Source: an uncultured delta proteobacterium (GTDB taxonomy: Bacteria; Myxococcota_A; Polyangia; Polyangiales; Houyiibacteriaceae). Taken from it: a DNA stretch of 64,000 bases. The position numbers and the translations under genes were made by a program. Of the stretch, positions 19,293-29,801 are shown one piece after another. The notes beneath the pieces are model-generated. The model was not told the origin of the DNA. It ran no database searches and saw only the letters and a program-made list of their open reading frames with translations. Location of the stretch: assembly GCA_963699755.1 (NCBI GenBank), contig CAVOVB010000003.1, forward strand, positions 32,001-96,000, written 5' to 3'. Each line of letters opens with the position of its first letter. Position 1 is the stretch's first letter.

Positions 19293-20696
19293 ATGAACAT
19301 CCAGAAAACGCTCACTTCAGCAATCGGCTTCACGGCGCGCACTGGTGCCATCGTCATATTCGTTTCGCTTTCGGCCTGTAGCGACAGCCCGACCGGCGAG
19401 AGCCCGCCCGTCGATGTCTCGATTGGCGGCACCGTCTCGGGCCTCGATGGGACTGTCGTTCTGCTGAACAACGGCGCCGATGATCTGAGCGTGAGCGCGA
19501 ACGGCCTCTTCACTTTCGCCACGCGCATCGCCAGCGGTACAGACTACTCGGTCACCGTCGGAACACAGCCCGACGGCCAGACCTGCGAGGTCACGAACGG
19601 CAGCGGAACGGCGACCGCCGACGTCACCGACGTCACGGTGGAATGCGAGGGCTTCGTGCTGCGGCCCCTGCCGGAGATCTACACGACCGGCAAGGCGATC
19701 AACTACAGCCCGTACCGGGCGCAGGGGCCCGAGGAGCAACCGCCGGAAATGCCCAGTGACGAAGACATCCTCGAAGATCTCACGCTGATCGACAGCGCCG
19801 GCTACAACCTGCTGCGCTTGTTCGGCGCAGACCCCGTGTCCGAGAGCATTCTGCGGGTCGCAGAGGAGAATTTCCCGGAGATGGTTTTCCAGCAGGGGAT
19901 TTTCATCCAGAGGGTATCTTCCAGCAACTGCGAAAACGAAGTCAACGAGTCGCAGATCGAGACCGGAATCCGGCTGGCCAACACCTATGACAGCGTCGTG
20001 ACGGTCAGCGTGGGCAACGAGCCATCGTTTGCGGGATCGTCCGTCGCGTGCCTCGAGGGGTACATCAAGCGGACGCGCAGCGCGGTCGCGCAGCCGGTCA
20101 CGGCCGACGACGACTACACGTTCTACGCGGGCTTGAGCAACGTGGGTCCACCGGACACCGTCCTCCCGCTGCTCGACTTCGTGTCCATCCACATGTACCC
20201 CATCACCTTCTACCGAGATTGGGATTGGAAGCAGGAAGCGGTCGAGGCGGGCCCCTTGCGAGCGGAAGCGATGATGAACGCGGCGCTCGGGCGTGCAGAG
20301 GACAGCTACCAGGTCGTCTACGATTACGAGTACCTCAACAGTGCGGGCGAAACCGTCACGGTCGGGGAGTCCTTGCCGATTGTGGTCGGCGAGACCGGCT
20401 GGAAGGCAGTGCCAACCGCCGCACCCGGCCAGGAGATCGAGATCTATGCCGCAACGCCTGTGAACGCGAAGTGGTACTTCGACCTGCTTCAACCTTGGGA
20501 ACGATCCGAGGGTGGGCCTCTGACCATCTTCTATTTCCAGCCCTTCGACGAGGTCTGGAAGGGCAGAGACGACGGCTGGGGCCTCTGGGATACGGACCGA
20601 GTCCCGCGCTACGCTCTGTGTGACACACTGGCAGCAGGCTCCCCCTGCAACGACCCTGTGTATGAGGGCGCGGGCTATTACGACCCTATGCCCTGA
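19293..20696 (+). CDS. Lipoprotein: Ig-like domain plus GH17 beta-1,3-glucanase domain
   Basis: LSAC lipobox; IGGTVSGL...YSVTVGTQP...C domain; AINYSPYR, VSVGNE, VGETGW, FQPFDEVWKG...WGLWD. Confidence 0.85.
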   Translation: MNIQKTLTSAIGFTARTGAIVIFVSLSACSDSPTGESPPVDVSIGGTVSGLDGTVVLLNNGADDLSVSANGLFTFATRIASGTDYSVTVGTQPDGQTCEVTNGSGTATADVTDVTVECEGFVLRPLPEIYTTGKAINYSPYRAQGPEEQPPEMPSDEDILEDLTLIDSAGYNLLRLFGADPVSESILRVAEENFPEMVFQQGIFIQRVSSSNCENEVNESQIETGIRLANTYDSVVTVSVGNEPSFAGSSVACLEGYIKRTRSAVAQPVTADDDYTFYAGLSNVGPPDTVLPLLDFVSIHMYPITFYRDWDWKQEAVEAGPLRAEAMMNAALGRAEDSYQVVYDYEYLNSAGETVTVGESLPIVVGETGWKAVPTAAPGQEIEIYAATPVNAKWYFDLLQPWERSEGGPLTIFYFQPFDEVWKGRDDGWGLWDTDRVPRYALCDTLAAGSPCNDPVYEGAGYYDPMP

Positions 20697-20901
20697 ACCC
20701 ACGCTTGGGCAATCGAGAGGCGAAACAAAGGCCTTGTTGGCGAGCAACACACCGAGGTTGAGCGGTGCCGCCGACAAGCCAACAAGCCCACCGAGGTCGA
20801 GCGTTGCGGTCTGTGGATTTCAGGGCTTTTCGGTGGACATAGGTACCCCCGCGGACGTAATCTCACGCAGATAATTCAGCTACTAGGGAAGAAGAGGGAT
20901 C

Positions 20902-21849
20902 ATGGCAGCCATACGGACTTCAATTTTGCTCTGTCTCTGCGCGGCGGCGGCGGCATTCACGTTTGGATGCAGTGACAACCCCACACCTCCGGGCAGCGGC
21001 GGCATGACCGGCAGCGGCGGCATGACTGGCAGCGGCGGTATGACCGGTAGCGGCGGCATGACCGGCAGCGGCGGCATGACCGGCACTGGCGGAGCAGGAG
21101 GCGAGGGCGGCATGGCCGGCGCGGGCGGCGCAGGGGGCATGGCTGGCGCAGGCGGCGCAGGGGGTGAAGGCGGCATGGCCGGTGCGGGCGGCATGGGCGG
21201 CATGCCCGTCGTTTGCGAATACACGCAGGACTTCGAGTCGCTCACCCCAGGAGACCCGCCCCAGCCTGTGCCGAACTCGTTGTCCCTCGATGGATGGCTG
21301 GTCGGCGGCAACGTGTTCGAGTCGGATGGCACCACGCCCGCGGGGAGCTACTTCGCGTTCCCGGCTCCGAACGGCGGTCCCGCGTTCTCTGCGGTCGCTG
21401 TAGGCGAAGGTGGCGCGGCTCAAGGAGCCCAACAGATGTCGATCTACAACGACTACAACAACGTGAATCACGGCGACGGCCCTCCTGACCTCAATCGAAT
21501 CATCGAAGCCGTCGTGTTCCAGGAGCGTGACGTTGTAGCCGCCGATGTCGGCAACACGATCTCCTTCACGTTCGATGCGAAGGTGGGCAATATCGAAGGT
21601 GCCTCGACGGCGGAGGCGTTCATCCAGGTGCTGGACAAGTTGGGAAATAGTTTCGCCGTGCTTGTGGACGACGTACAGGTTACGACGGACCTTCCGGCAA
21701 CATGGGGCACCTTTACGCTCAGCGTGCCCATTGCTGGGAGCCTGGTAGGCCAGGTCCTCCAGTTTGGCGGCCGGAGCCGGGCCTCGAACTTCGAGGGTGC
21801 CGGGATCTTCTACGACAACATGAGTGTCTGCAGCGCCCCGACGCCGTAG
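20902..21849 (+). CDS. Gly-rich lipoprotein carrying one copy of an unrecognised ~200-aa domain (domain X)
   Basis: TFGC lipobox, GSGGMT repeats; the domain is shared with three other ORFs in the window. Confidence 0.8.
   Translation: MAAIRTSILLCLCAAAAAFTFGCSDNPTPPGSGGMTGSGGMTGSGGMTGSGGMTGSGGMTGTGGAGGEGGMAGAGGAGGMAGAGGAGGEGGMAGAGGMGGMPVVCEYTQDFESLTPGDPPQPVPNSLSLDGWLVGGNVFESDGTTPAGSYFAFPAPNGGPAFSAVAVGEGGAAQGAQQMSIYNDYNNVNHGDGPPDLNRIIEAVVFQERDVVAADVGNTISFTFDAKVGNIEGASTAEAFIQVLDKLGNSFAVLVDDVQVTTDLPATWGTFTLSVPIAGSLVGQVLQFGGRSRASNFEGAGIFYDNMSVCSAPTP
20992..21081 (+). repeat. Five tandem 18-bp units encoding GSGGMT
   Basis: GGCAGCGGCGGCATGACC x5 with synonymous changes. Confidence 0.9.
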
Positions 21850-21903
21850 ACAATCGACCTCGATGATCCGGCCTGGGATTCGCTTCCCTAGACCACAAGC
21901 ATC

Positions 21904-23274
21904 ATGCGCTACGCGATCAGAGTCGCGCTCACGGTCGCACTCGGCGGCTTCCTGATGGGCTTCGACGCGTCGGTGATTTCCGGTGTGGTGACCTTCATCG
22001 AACCGGAGTTTGGCCTCAGCAAGATCGAGCTGGGCTGGTCCGTCGCGTCGCTGACGCTCACTGCAACCTTCGCTATGATGGTGTCCGGCCCGCTCAGCGA
22101 TCGCCTAGGCCGACGCCCTGTCCTAAAGATCGCGGCCGTGCTCTTTGCCATTTCGGCATTGGCGTCCGCGGTCGCGCCCAATTTCATCGCCTTGGTCGCC
22201 GCGCGCATGCTCGGGGGCTTCGGGGTCGGCGCTGCACTGATCATCGCGCCGATGTACATTGCGGAAATTGCGCCGGCCTCGATGCGCGGGCGCATGGTGT
22301 CCTTCAATCAGCTCAACATCGTGGTCGGCATCTCTGCAGCCTTCTTCACGAACTACCTGATTCTTCGCTTCGGGCAGTCAGGCCTCGCCTGGGCGGAAGC
22401 ACTTCACCTCGGCGAATGGAACTGGCGCTGGATGCTCGGCGTCGAGGCGCTGCCCGCGATCTTCTATTTCATCGCCCTGTTCGCGGTGCCCGAGAGCCCT
22501 CGCTGGCTGGCGATGAAGGGCAGGGACGATGACGCGCGGCGCGTGTTCGAAAAGGTGAGTGACGGCGCGCAGGCGCAGGCGGATATCGGCGCGGTAAAGG
22601 CGTCGCTGCACGCCGAGGAGGGTACCGAAGGCGCGGCGCTCCGAGAGCTCTTTCGGCCCGCGATGAGACCGGTCCTCGTCATCGGTGTCTTGGTCGCGAT
22701 CCTGCAACAGATCACCGGAATCAACGCGGTGTTCTTCTATGCTCCCATGATCTTCGAGCAGTCCGGAATAGGCACCGACGCTTCCTTCATGCAGGCCGTG
22801 CTCGTCGGCCTCGTGAACCTGGTCTTCACGGTGCTCGCGATCCTCTTCGTCGATCGCCTCGGCCGACGTCCGCTGCTCGGCGGCGGGCTCGCGGGCATCG
22901 GAGTATGCATGCTGCTGCTCTCCTACGGTTTCGGTTCTGCCGACATGAATCCGAAGATCATCCTCGTCGGCATCCTGGGTTTCGTGGCGAGCTTTGCCAT
23001 TTCGCTGGGGCCGGTGATGTGGGTGTTGTTCTCGGAGCTCTTCCCGAATCGCATTCGCGGGCTCGCGATCTCCTTCGTCGGTCTCATCAACTCCGCGGTG
23101 AGCTTTTCGGTGCAGTTGATCTTTCCCTGGGAGCTCGAGAATTTTGGCAACAGCGTCACGTTCCTGATCTTCGGTCTGTTCGCCGTGCTCGGCCTCGTCC
23201 TCGTCATGCGCCTCTTGCCGGAGACGAAAGGCAAGAGCCTAGAACAGCTCGAAGCGGAGCTGGTGAGCCGCTGA
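21904..23274 (+). CDS. Sugar porter family MFS transporter
   Basis: GGFLMGFDASVISG, DRLGRR, PMYIAEIAP, PESPRWL, QQITGINAVFFYAP, PETKGKSLE. Confidence 0.95.
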   Translation: MRYAIRVALTVALGGFLMGFDASVISGVVTFIEPEFGLSKIELGWSVASLTLTATFAMMVSGPLSDRLGRRPVLKIAAVLFAISALASAVAPNFIALVAARMLGGFGVGAALIIAPMYIAEIAPASMRGRMVSFNQLNIVVGISAAFFTNYLILRFGQSGLAWAEALHLGEWNWRWMLGVEALPAIFYFIALFAVPESPRWLAMKGRDDDARRVFEKVSDGAQAQADIGAVKASLHAEEGTEGAALRELFRPAMRPVLVIGVLVAILQQITGINAVFFYAPMIFEQSGIGTDASFMQAVLVGLVNLVFTVLAILFVDRLGRRPLLGGGLAGIGVCMLLLSYGFGSADMNPKIILVGILGFVASFAISLGPVMWVLFSELFPNRIRGLAISFVGLINSAVSFSVQLIFPWELENFGNSVTFLIFGLFAVLGLVLVMRLLPETKGKSLEQLEAELVSR

Positions 23275-23293
23275 GCAATCCGCGCCGCTGTCG

Positions 23294-25093
23294 CTACTTC
23301 CGGACGAAGCGAATGCTGTCGAGGTAAACGGTAGCGTCTGGTCGCCGCCCGCTGAGGACCACTACGAAGCCCGTCTTGATGCCCGACAGGTCGAGCTTTT
23401 TCAGCCGAATGCGATAGCGTTTCCATTCCTTGCTGAGTTGGATGTTTTCGACGGTGGTCTCGCCCGAATCGGGGTGCGCCTTGTCCTGACCGAGGAGACC
23501 CACACCGATGTTGATCTTCTCGATGCCATATTCTCCGCGGGCCCAGAGCTCTAGATACTTTGCCCCGGTGAGGTCGTAGCCGCCCTCCTGATCGCCCCAG
23601 TTGTTGGCGGGGTGCTGCCAGGCAACACCGACCCAAGTCCCCACTTCGCCGACGAATTGCATCTTGATGCAGGCTTTGCCTTCATGGGGGTTGCCGGCAT
23701 GGTCGCCGTCCACCGTCAGCGACTCGATCGCGCCCATCCGGCCCGAAGGGGCCCAGGGCATGCCCTCGAAACCGTCCTGGTAGACGTAAAACGGCAGGGG
23801 CGTGCGCACGGTGCCTTTGACCAACAGCGGCACGTTCGCCGTCGCGGCGCGGCCGGCCGCGTCATAGGCGTAGAGGAAGAGCCGATACGGGCCCGGCTCC
23901 CTCGGCATGCGCAGCCGCGCGCCCTTGGCGCTACCCTCGAGGATCGCGCCCTCGACCTCGGGCGGCATGGGCCGGAAGTCGCCACCGGTCGTGTACTCGC
24001 CGGACTCGCGGTGCAGGACCCAGCGCACGCGAATCGCAGCCCCTTCGGGATCGGCGATCACTGCGCGCACGCGGACCTCGTCACCCGGATCCACGCGGGA
24101 CTCACCCTCGACGAGCAAGGGCTCCACCGTGGGCGCAAGATTTTTCGGCGCGCGGCCGGACCAGAGCTCGGTCATCACGTCGACCGCCCCGAGCGGAGCG
24201 CCGTCCGGCAGGAACATGCCGTACCAGGTCGGCGTGGCCTCCATCTTGAAACCCCAGCTGAAGACGTAGGAACCAAGGGCGAGACCCGGAGCGCCGATCA
24301 CGCCGCTCTGATAGCTGCGTCGGTAGAACGCTGCCTTCTCGGAGCTCGTCGGCTCGCTCGGCGCACCCCAGTCGTTCTTCGGGATCTCCCACACTCCAAG
24401 CGGCCCAAACTCGGTGAGGACGTAAGGTTTGGTAGCGCCCCCGGCGAGGTAGTGCTCAGGCACCGAGGGGGCTCCGCCGTAGGAGTTGATGCCGTGAATG
24501 TCGACCGCCGGGCAGCGCTTCTGCACGCCGTCGATGCGAGCGCCGCCGAGCTCGGCGGTGACGGTCATGGTCGGGTGCAATGGGTCGAGCTTTTTCACCA
24601 TGGCGGCGATGTCGTTGACTGCCGTCCAGATGGCCGGGTCATCGCCCTGGCCGAAGCCCTCCATCTCGTTGCCGATGCCCCAGAGGAGGACCGCCGGATG
24701 ATCTTTGTAACGGAGCACGGTCTCACGCGCCCGTTCGAACTGTTCGCGCACCTGGGCCTCGTCGCTGTAGTCGAACCCGTGGCGCTCGTGGCCGAGCCAG
24801 ATGCCTACCGTGACCGACAGGCCGAGAGCGTGTGCGGCGTCGAGGCGCGCGTCGATGCCATCCGCCCCCCAGGTTCGCACCGAGTTTGCGCCCGCCGCTG
24901 CGAGCTGCTCGAGCGAGCCCTCGCCGCCGGCGCCACGGATGAAATACTGCTCACCGCCACGAAAGAGCTGCCAACCCTGCTCCGTTTGACGGAGCTCTAC
25001 CGCGATGGGCTTTGCCGCGGCGGCCGAGGGCCACAGCGCCAGGCAGGCGGATGACAAGGCGAGCGCGTGCGCGGTTGCGTTCCGTAGAGACAT
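23294..25093 (-). CDS. Secreted clan GH-A TIM-barrel glycosidase (GH158/GH2-TIM-like, probable beta-1,3-glucanase) with C-terminal CBM-like domain
   Basis: Signal peptide; GANSVRTWG, LLWGIGNEME, PYVLTEFGP, TPTWYGMF; C-terminal WVGVAWQHP...YDLTGA...VYLDSIRF. Confidence 0.8.
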   Translation of the reverse strand: MSLRNATAHALALSSACLALWPSAAAAKPIAVELRQTEQGWQLFRGGEQYFIRGAGGEGSLEQLAAAGANSVRTWGADGIDARLDAAHALGLSVTVGIWLGHERHGFDYSDEAQVREQFERARETVLRYKDHPAVLLWGIGNEMEGFGQGDDPAIWTAVNDIAAMVKKLDPLHPTMTVTAELGGARIDGVQKRCPAVDIHGINSYGGAPSVPEHYLAGGATKPYVLTEFGPLGVWEIPKNDWGAPSEPTSSEKAAFYRRSYQSGVIGAPGLALGSYVFSWGFKMEATPTWYGMFLPDGAPLGAVDVMTELWSGRAPKNLAPTVEPLLVEGESRVDPGDEVRVRAVIADPEGAAIRVRWVLHRESGEYTTGGDFRPMPPEVEGAILEGSAKGARLRMPREPGPYRLFLYAYDAAGRAATANVPLLVKGTVRTPLPFYVYQDGFEGMPWAPSGRMGAIESLTVDGDHAGNPHEGKACIKMQFVGEVGTWVGVAWQHPANNWGDQEGGYDLTGAKYLELWARGEYGIEKINIGVGLLGQDKAHPDSGETTVENIQLSKEWKRYRIRLKKLDLSGIKTGFVVVLSGRRPDATVYLDSIRFVRK

Positions 25094-25097
25094 ACGC

Positions 25098-27803
25098 TCA
25101 CCCCGTGTTCTTCAACCCAGCCGCGATGCCGTTGACCGTCGCCAAGAGAGCGTCCTGAAGCTCCGCGTCGTCGGCGTTTCGCTGACGCCGGAGCAGCTCC
25201 GCCTGAATCAAGTTGATGGGGTCGAGATAGGCGCGCCGAAGCTGAAGGGAGCGCTGCAGCGTGGGATCGGTTTCGAGCAGCTCGTCTTGGTCGAGCACCT
25301 GAAGCAAGACCGACCTCATCTGCGTGAGTCGCGCGCGCAGTCCCTCCCCGATTTCAGCGAGCTCCGCGGGAGTAAGCAAGGCGTCATACCGAGCCGCGAT
25401 CCGCTCGTCGGCCTTGGCTAGCGCGAGCTCCAAGAGTGAGAGCGTCGACTGAAAGAAGGGCCAGCTCGCGGCCATCTCACGCAGCTCCGCGAGCCCCCCC
25501 TCGTCGATTGCCTCCTGCATTGCGGTCTCGATGCCGAGCCATGCGGGGAGAAGCAGCCGGGTTTGGGTCCATGCGAAGATCCAGGGGATTGCCCGCAGGC
25601 CGGACAGCCCTTCGCCCGACTTGCGCCGGGCAGGGCGCGATCCGATCTGAAGCGAGCCGAGCTCGATCCCCGGCGTTGCGACATGGAAGTAGGGAACGAA
25701 TCGACTTTCGCGTGTGACCTCGCGGTAGGCCGCCATCGCACGCACGGCGAGGGCGTCCATTCGAGTCCGAAACGCAGGGCTCGGCGCCGCAGGTGGAGTG
25801 AGCGTCGCCTCTAACGTGGCCGTCGAATAGAGCTCGAGACTGCGGACGGCGATGTCGGGCGTCCCAAACTTCCACTGAATCATCTCCCCCTGCTCGGTCA
25901 CCCGAAGTGCTCCATCGATCGATCCGGCAGGCTGCGAGTGAATGGCGATGTGCGTCGGCCCGCCTCCCCGTCCGATGCTGCCTCCGCGTCCGTGAAAAAG
26001 GGTGAGGTGGACGCCGTGCGAATGACAGAGCTCGACCAGGCGCTCTTGTGCCAGGTATAGCTCCCATGCTGCGGCGAGCCGGCCCCCATCCTTGGACGAG
26101 TCCGAGTAGCCGATCATGATCTCGAGGCTGCCGCCGATGCGAGCCCGGTACCAAGGCAAGTCGAGGAGACTGGCCATGACTTCGTGGGACGCCTGCAGGT
26201 CCGAGATCGTCTCGAAAAGGGGAACGACGCGAAGCGGTTCAGCGATTCGTGCCTCCTTCTGCAGGAGCTCGACGGCCAGCACGTCGCTGGGCTGATGAGC
26301 CATCGAAATCACGTAGGCACCGAGCGACTCGCGGGGCAGGGTCGCGAGCATGCGGAACGTGTCGAGAACCTCTTGAACCTCATGCGAGGCCGGCATGTCC
26401 TGCGGAATGAGGGGCCGCTTCGAGCCCAGCTCGGCGATGAGAAATTTCTGACGCTTCGCTTCGTCCCAGTCGCTGTACGCGCCGAGCCCGAGATATCGAG
26501 TCACCGCGTCGAGGACCTCCGTGTGCCGGGCGGACTCCTGGCGAATGTCGATCCGCACCATGTGCAGGCCGAAGCAATGAATCCGGCGAATCAGATCGAG
26601 AAGCCGGCCCTCTGCGACGACCTGCTGCCCGGTCTCGATGAGGGAGCTGCGTGTGAGCATCAGCGCGTCGAGCAGCGATTGTCCGCTTGGGGCGGATGAA
26701 TCGAACGGCGGCGGCGCGGCTCCACTCGACTGCAGGGCGTCGAGCTCGTCCTCGATCTGGCGAAGCGCTGCAGCAAGCTGAGCGCGCTCCCGCCGAAGGA
26801 GCGCGCGGTAGGGCTCCCGCTCGGCGTCCGCCCGTTCGCGGAGCGCATCGGTCGCGGTGTCCATCGACAGCTCCTGGCACAGGGCGTCGACCTCGTCGTG
26901 GAGGAGCTTCGCCGCGGTCCAACGGCAGAGAAAAACCGCCTCCCGGGTGACCTTTGCGGTGACGTTGGGGTTCCCGTCACGATCGCCACCCATCCAGGAG
27001 CCGAACCGAATGGGGCTCGTGTCGATCGGGAGGCCGCGCCCCGTCTGCGACCGGAGCGCGGCGTCGAAACGCCTAAGGAATCTAGGCACGGCATGCCAGA
27101 GCGACTGTTCCAAGACCGCGAGCCCGCCACGCACTTCGTCGGTGGGCGTAGGCCGGCTTCGATGCAGCTCGTCGGTGTGCCAGACCGTCGAGATGTCTCG
27201 TCGAAGCTGCGATCGCACGGCATCCTGCTCGTCCGGGGTCAGGTCTTTTCGATCTCCGTCGCGAAGCGAATCCGCCATGCGATTGTAGCGTTGAAGGAGC
27301 GTGCGCCGGACCACCTGAGTCGGATGCGCGGTGAGAACGAACTCGACGTGTTGCGTGCTGGCAGCCTCGTGCACACGTCCTGGGTCGATCCCCGCGGCAA
27401 TCATCTTTGCAATCGCGTCGCTACAGGAATCGAGTCGAGGTTCCACGACCTCGCCCCGAGCCGCACGCATCTGGGCGGTGCGTCGCTCGCGCACCTTGTG
27501 ACGTTGCTCCGCCGTGTTGGCAAGCGTGAGAAAGAGAGAGAAGGCCCGGACGACTTCGCCCACCTTCTCAGGCGGTAGCGCCTCGACAATCGCGTAGAGC
27601 TCCGCGAGGGCCGGGTCTCGATCGCTGGCATCGGGTTCTCGGAGCGCCTTGCCCTGCTCGCGGATGCGCTCGACCGTCGCGTACACATCCGGCGCTGCCT
27701 GCTGCCTCAGGACCTCGCCGAGGAGGTCTCCGAGAACGCGAACATCCACGCGGAGCGCCTCGTCGAGCTCAGCGGGCGGATTGGAGGAGCTGCCGGCGGC
27801 CAC
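25098..27803 (-). CDS. ppc: Phosphoenolpyruvate carboxylase
   Basis: VLTAHPT, SWMGGDRDGNP, MIGYSDSSKDGG, FHGRGGSIGRGG, LRAIPWIF, C-terminal GLKNTG. Confidence 0.98.
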   Translation of the reverse strand: MAAGSSSNPPAELDEALRVDVRVLGDLLGEVLRQQAAPDVYATVERIREQGKALREPDASDRDPALAELYAIVEALPPEKVGEVVRAFSLFLTLANTAEQRHKVRERRTAQMRAARGEVVEPRLDSCSDAIAKMIAAGIDPGRVHEAASTQHVEFVLTAHPTQVVRRTLLQRYNRMADSLRDGDRKDLTPDEQDAVRSQLRRDISTVWHTDELHRSRPTPTDEVRGGLAVLEQSLWHAVPRFLRRFDAALRSQTGRGLPIDTSPIRFGSWMGGDRDGNPNVTAKVTREAVFLCRWTAAKLLHDEVDALCQELSMDTATDALRERADAEREPYRALLRRERAQLAAALRQIEDELDALQSSGAAPPPFDSSAPSGQSLLDALMLTRSSLIETGQQVVAEGRLLDLIRRIHCFGLHMVRIDIRQESARHTEVLDAVTRYLGLGAYSDWDEAKRQKFLIAELGSKRPLIPQDMPASHEVQEVLDTFRMLATLPRESLGAYVISMAHQPSDVLAVELLQKEARIAEPLRVVPLFETISDLQASHEVMASLLDLPWYRARIGGSLEIMIGYSDSSKDGGRLAAAWELYLAQERLVELCHSHGVHLTLFHGRGGSIGRGGGPTHIAIHSQPAGSIDGALRVTEQGEMIQWKFGTPDIAVRSLELYSTATLEATLTPPAAPSPAFRTRMDALAVRAMAAYREVTRESRFVPYFHVATPGIELGSLQIGSRPARRKSGEGLSGLRAIPWIFAWTQTRLLLPAWLGIETAMQEAIDEGGLAELREMAASWPFFQSTLSLLELALAKADERIAARYDALLTPAELAEIGEGLRARLTQMRSVLLQVLDQDELLETDPTLQRSLQLRRAYLDPINLIQAELLRRQRNADDAELQDALLATVNGIAAGLKNTG

Positions 27804-28065
27804 CGGGGAATCATAGGGCCGCCATGGCGGTGCGGCTTTGGAATGGCGGGAAAGCGTGGTCGACTCTGCCCTTTTTTCAATTTGGAAACATCGCCCAATT
27901 TGCGGTGCGGTAGGATTCCCGCGCTCGCGGAGGCAGGTCGCTGCGAACTCGCAATGAACCGACCAACGCCGTCCTACGGCTGGGACTCCTTCAGCGGATC
28001 AGGTTAGGCTTCGCTCGTGTTACGCTGTCGCAGCCGCGCGCTTTTTCCGCGGAGTTGGAGAGATT

Positions 28066-29022
28066 GTGTCAAGAGCGTCCGACAAGGATTTTTCCGTGAT
28101 CTCGCGGTCCAGCGCCGCCGTGTCGCTGAGACGATCGGGTTACAAAGTCCCAGGGTTCCCGGGGCTTCTCGGCACGGATCTCTCGCAGATGTCACGGGAG
28201 GACAAAGTCGAGCTGCTTTGGACGATCCTGCGACGCAAGATTCATGGCCTATCCTTCAGCCCCTACATCGAGGGGCAGTCTCCCGGGACGGAGATCAGCG
28301 AGGAGCAGATCCGCCAGCGGCTCCAAATCATTCAGCCGTACACGCGGTGGATTCGAAGTTTTTCGTGTCGGGAGGGCAACCAGGAAACGCCCCGCATCGC
28401 GCATGAGAACGGCCTGAAAACGATGGTTGGCGTCGGGCTATCGCTGGAGCTCGACAAGAACGAAATCGAGTTGCGCAATGGCATCGAGGTCGCTCGCGCG
28501 GGGCATGCCGACATCCTTGCGGTCGGCAACGAAGTCATGCTGCGCGAGGATCTCAGCGAAGACCAGCTGATCGATTACATGGAGCGCGCGAGAAGCGCAG
28601 TGCCCGATGTCCCAGTGGGGACCGTCGACGCCTATTTCCTCTTCGAAAATTATCCCCGCGTCGCCGCAGCCTGTGATCTGCTGCTGGTCAATTGCTATCC
28701 CTTCTGGGAAAGCTGTCCCGCGGAGTACGCCCTATTGTACATGAAAGAAATGTATCGGCGGGCGCAGAATGTCGCGGATGGGAAAAAAGTCATCATCAGC
28801 GAAACCGGTTGGCCTGCCGTCGGGTCTCCTTTCGGTTCGGCGATACCCTCGTACGACCACGCGCTCGAGTACTTCATCCGGACGTATCACTGGGCCCACG
28901 AAGAGGGTATCGAGATCTTCTATTTCTCGTCATTCGACGAAGCCTGGAAAATTGGCGACGAGGGCGATGTCGGCGCCCACTGGGGGCTCTGGGACAAAGA
29001 TGGCAATCCGAAATTCGTCTAG
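28066..29022 (+). CDS. GH17 family glycoside hydrolase, no signal peptide
   Basis: FSPYIEGQ, LAVGNEV, NCYPFWE, IISETGWP, FSSFDEAWK...WGLWD. Confidence 0.9.
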   Translation: MSRASDKDFSVISRSSAAVSLRRSGYKVPGFPGLLGTDLSQMSREDKVELLWTILRRKIHGLSFSPYIEGQSPGTEISEEQIRQRLQIIQPYTRWIRSFSCREGNQETPRIAHENGLKTMVGVGLSLELDKNEIELRNGIEVARAGHADILAVGNEVMLREDLSEDQLIDYMERARSAVPDVPVGTVDAYFLFENYPRVAAACDLLLVNCYPFWESCPAEYALLYMKEMYRRAQNVADGKKVIISETGWPAVGSPFGSAIPSYDHALEYFIRTYHWAHEEGIEIFYFSSFDEAWKIGDEGDVGAHWGLWDKDGNPKFV

Positions 29023-29779
29023 CCTGAGAGCCATCCTGTGTTTTGCGATCGCTATCGCCTTGGAGCTTGCACCGACGAGCGCTCTGGCCAAACGCCCCAG
29101 TCACGACCCAGGGCGCAGCGAGTACCGCGCTCCCAGAGCGATGCAAGCGCCCAAGGTCGACGGCGTCGCCGATGAGGCCATCTGGCAAAGAGCCCGCTGG
29201 CATGAGATCAGCCATCGCTGGCTCGGTCCCGAGTATTCAGCGAACGATTTCCAAGGTCGTTTCAAGGTGGTCTGGACCGCGGAACGAATTTACGTTCTAG
29301 CGGAGCTCGTCGACGACGTTTTGTTCGATAGCCACCGCGACCCGCTCGTCCAGTACTGGGATGACGACTGCCTGGAGATCTTCCTCGACGAGGACTATTC
29401 GGGGGGCAATCACCAGTACAACCACAATGCCTTTGCCTATCATATGTCGCTGGACAACCAGGCAATCGACATCGGCACCGACAAGCTACCGCACAGCTAC
29501 TCCCATCACGTGCAGAGCCAGTGGCGGCAGCACGGCGACAACGTCGTCTGGGAGCTCGCGATCGACGTCTACACAGACAACTACATAGACGCGTCGGACA
29601 AGAATGTGCCGGTGAAGCTATCCGCGGGCAAGGTGCTGGGGCTCATGATCGCCTGGTGCGACAACGATGGCAGCGAGCTCCGCGAGAACTTCATCGGCTC
29701 GGAGTCGGCGCCGGGGGAGCACAAAGACCGCGGCTGGATCGACGCCGGGCTCTTCGGCTCGCTGGTGTTGGTCGACTGA
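29000..29779 (+). CDS. Secreted CBM9-like sugar-binding protein
   Basis: Signal peptide; PKVDGVADEAIW, WDDDCLEIFLDED, WELAI, WCDNDG motifs. Confidence 0.75.
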   Translation: MAIRNSSSLRAILCFAIAIALELAPTSALAKRPSHDPGRSEYRAPRAMQAPKVDGVADEAIWQRARWHEISHRWLGPEYSANDFQGRFKVVWTAERIYVLAELVDDVLFDSHRDPLVQYWDDDCLEIFLDEDYSGGNHQYNHNAFAYHMSLDNQAIDIGTDKLPHSYSHHVQSQWRQHGDNVVWELAIDVYTDNYIDASDKNVPVKLSAGKVLGLMIAWCDNDGSELRENFIGSESAPGEHKDRGWIDAGLFGSLVLVD

Positions 29780-29801
29780 GTCGCTCCCGACTGACGGTCG
29801 G

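Noticed and set aside
19317..20777. Long antisense ORFs (also 23612..25054, 43530..44582, 45083..46519, 58892..60001)
   Set aside because: Shadow frames of well-supported genes, expected in high-GC DNA.
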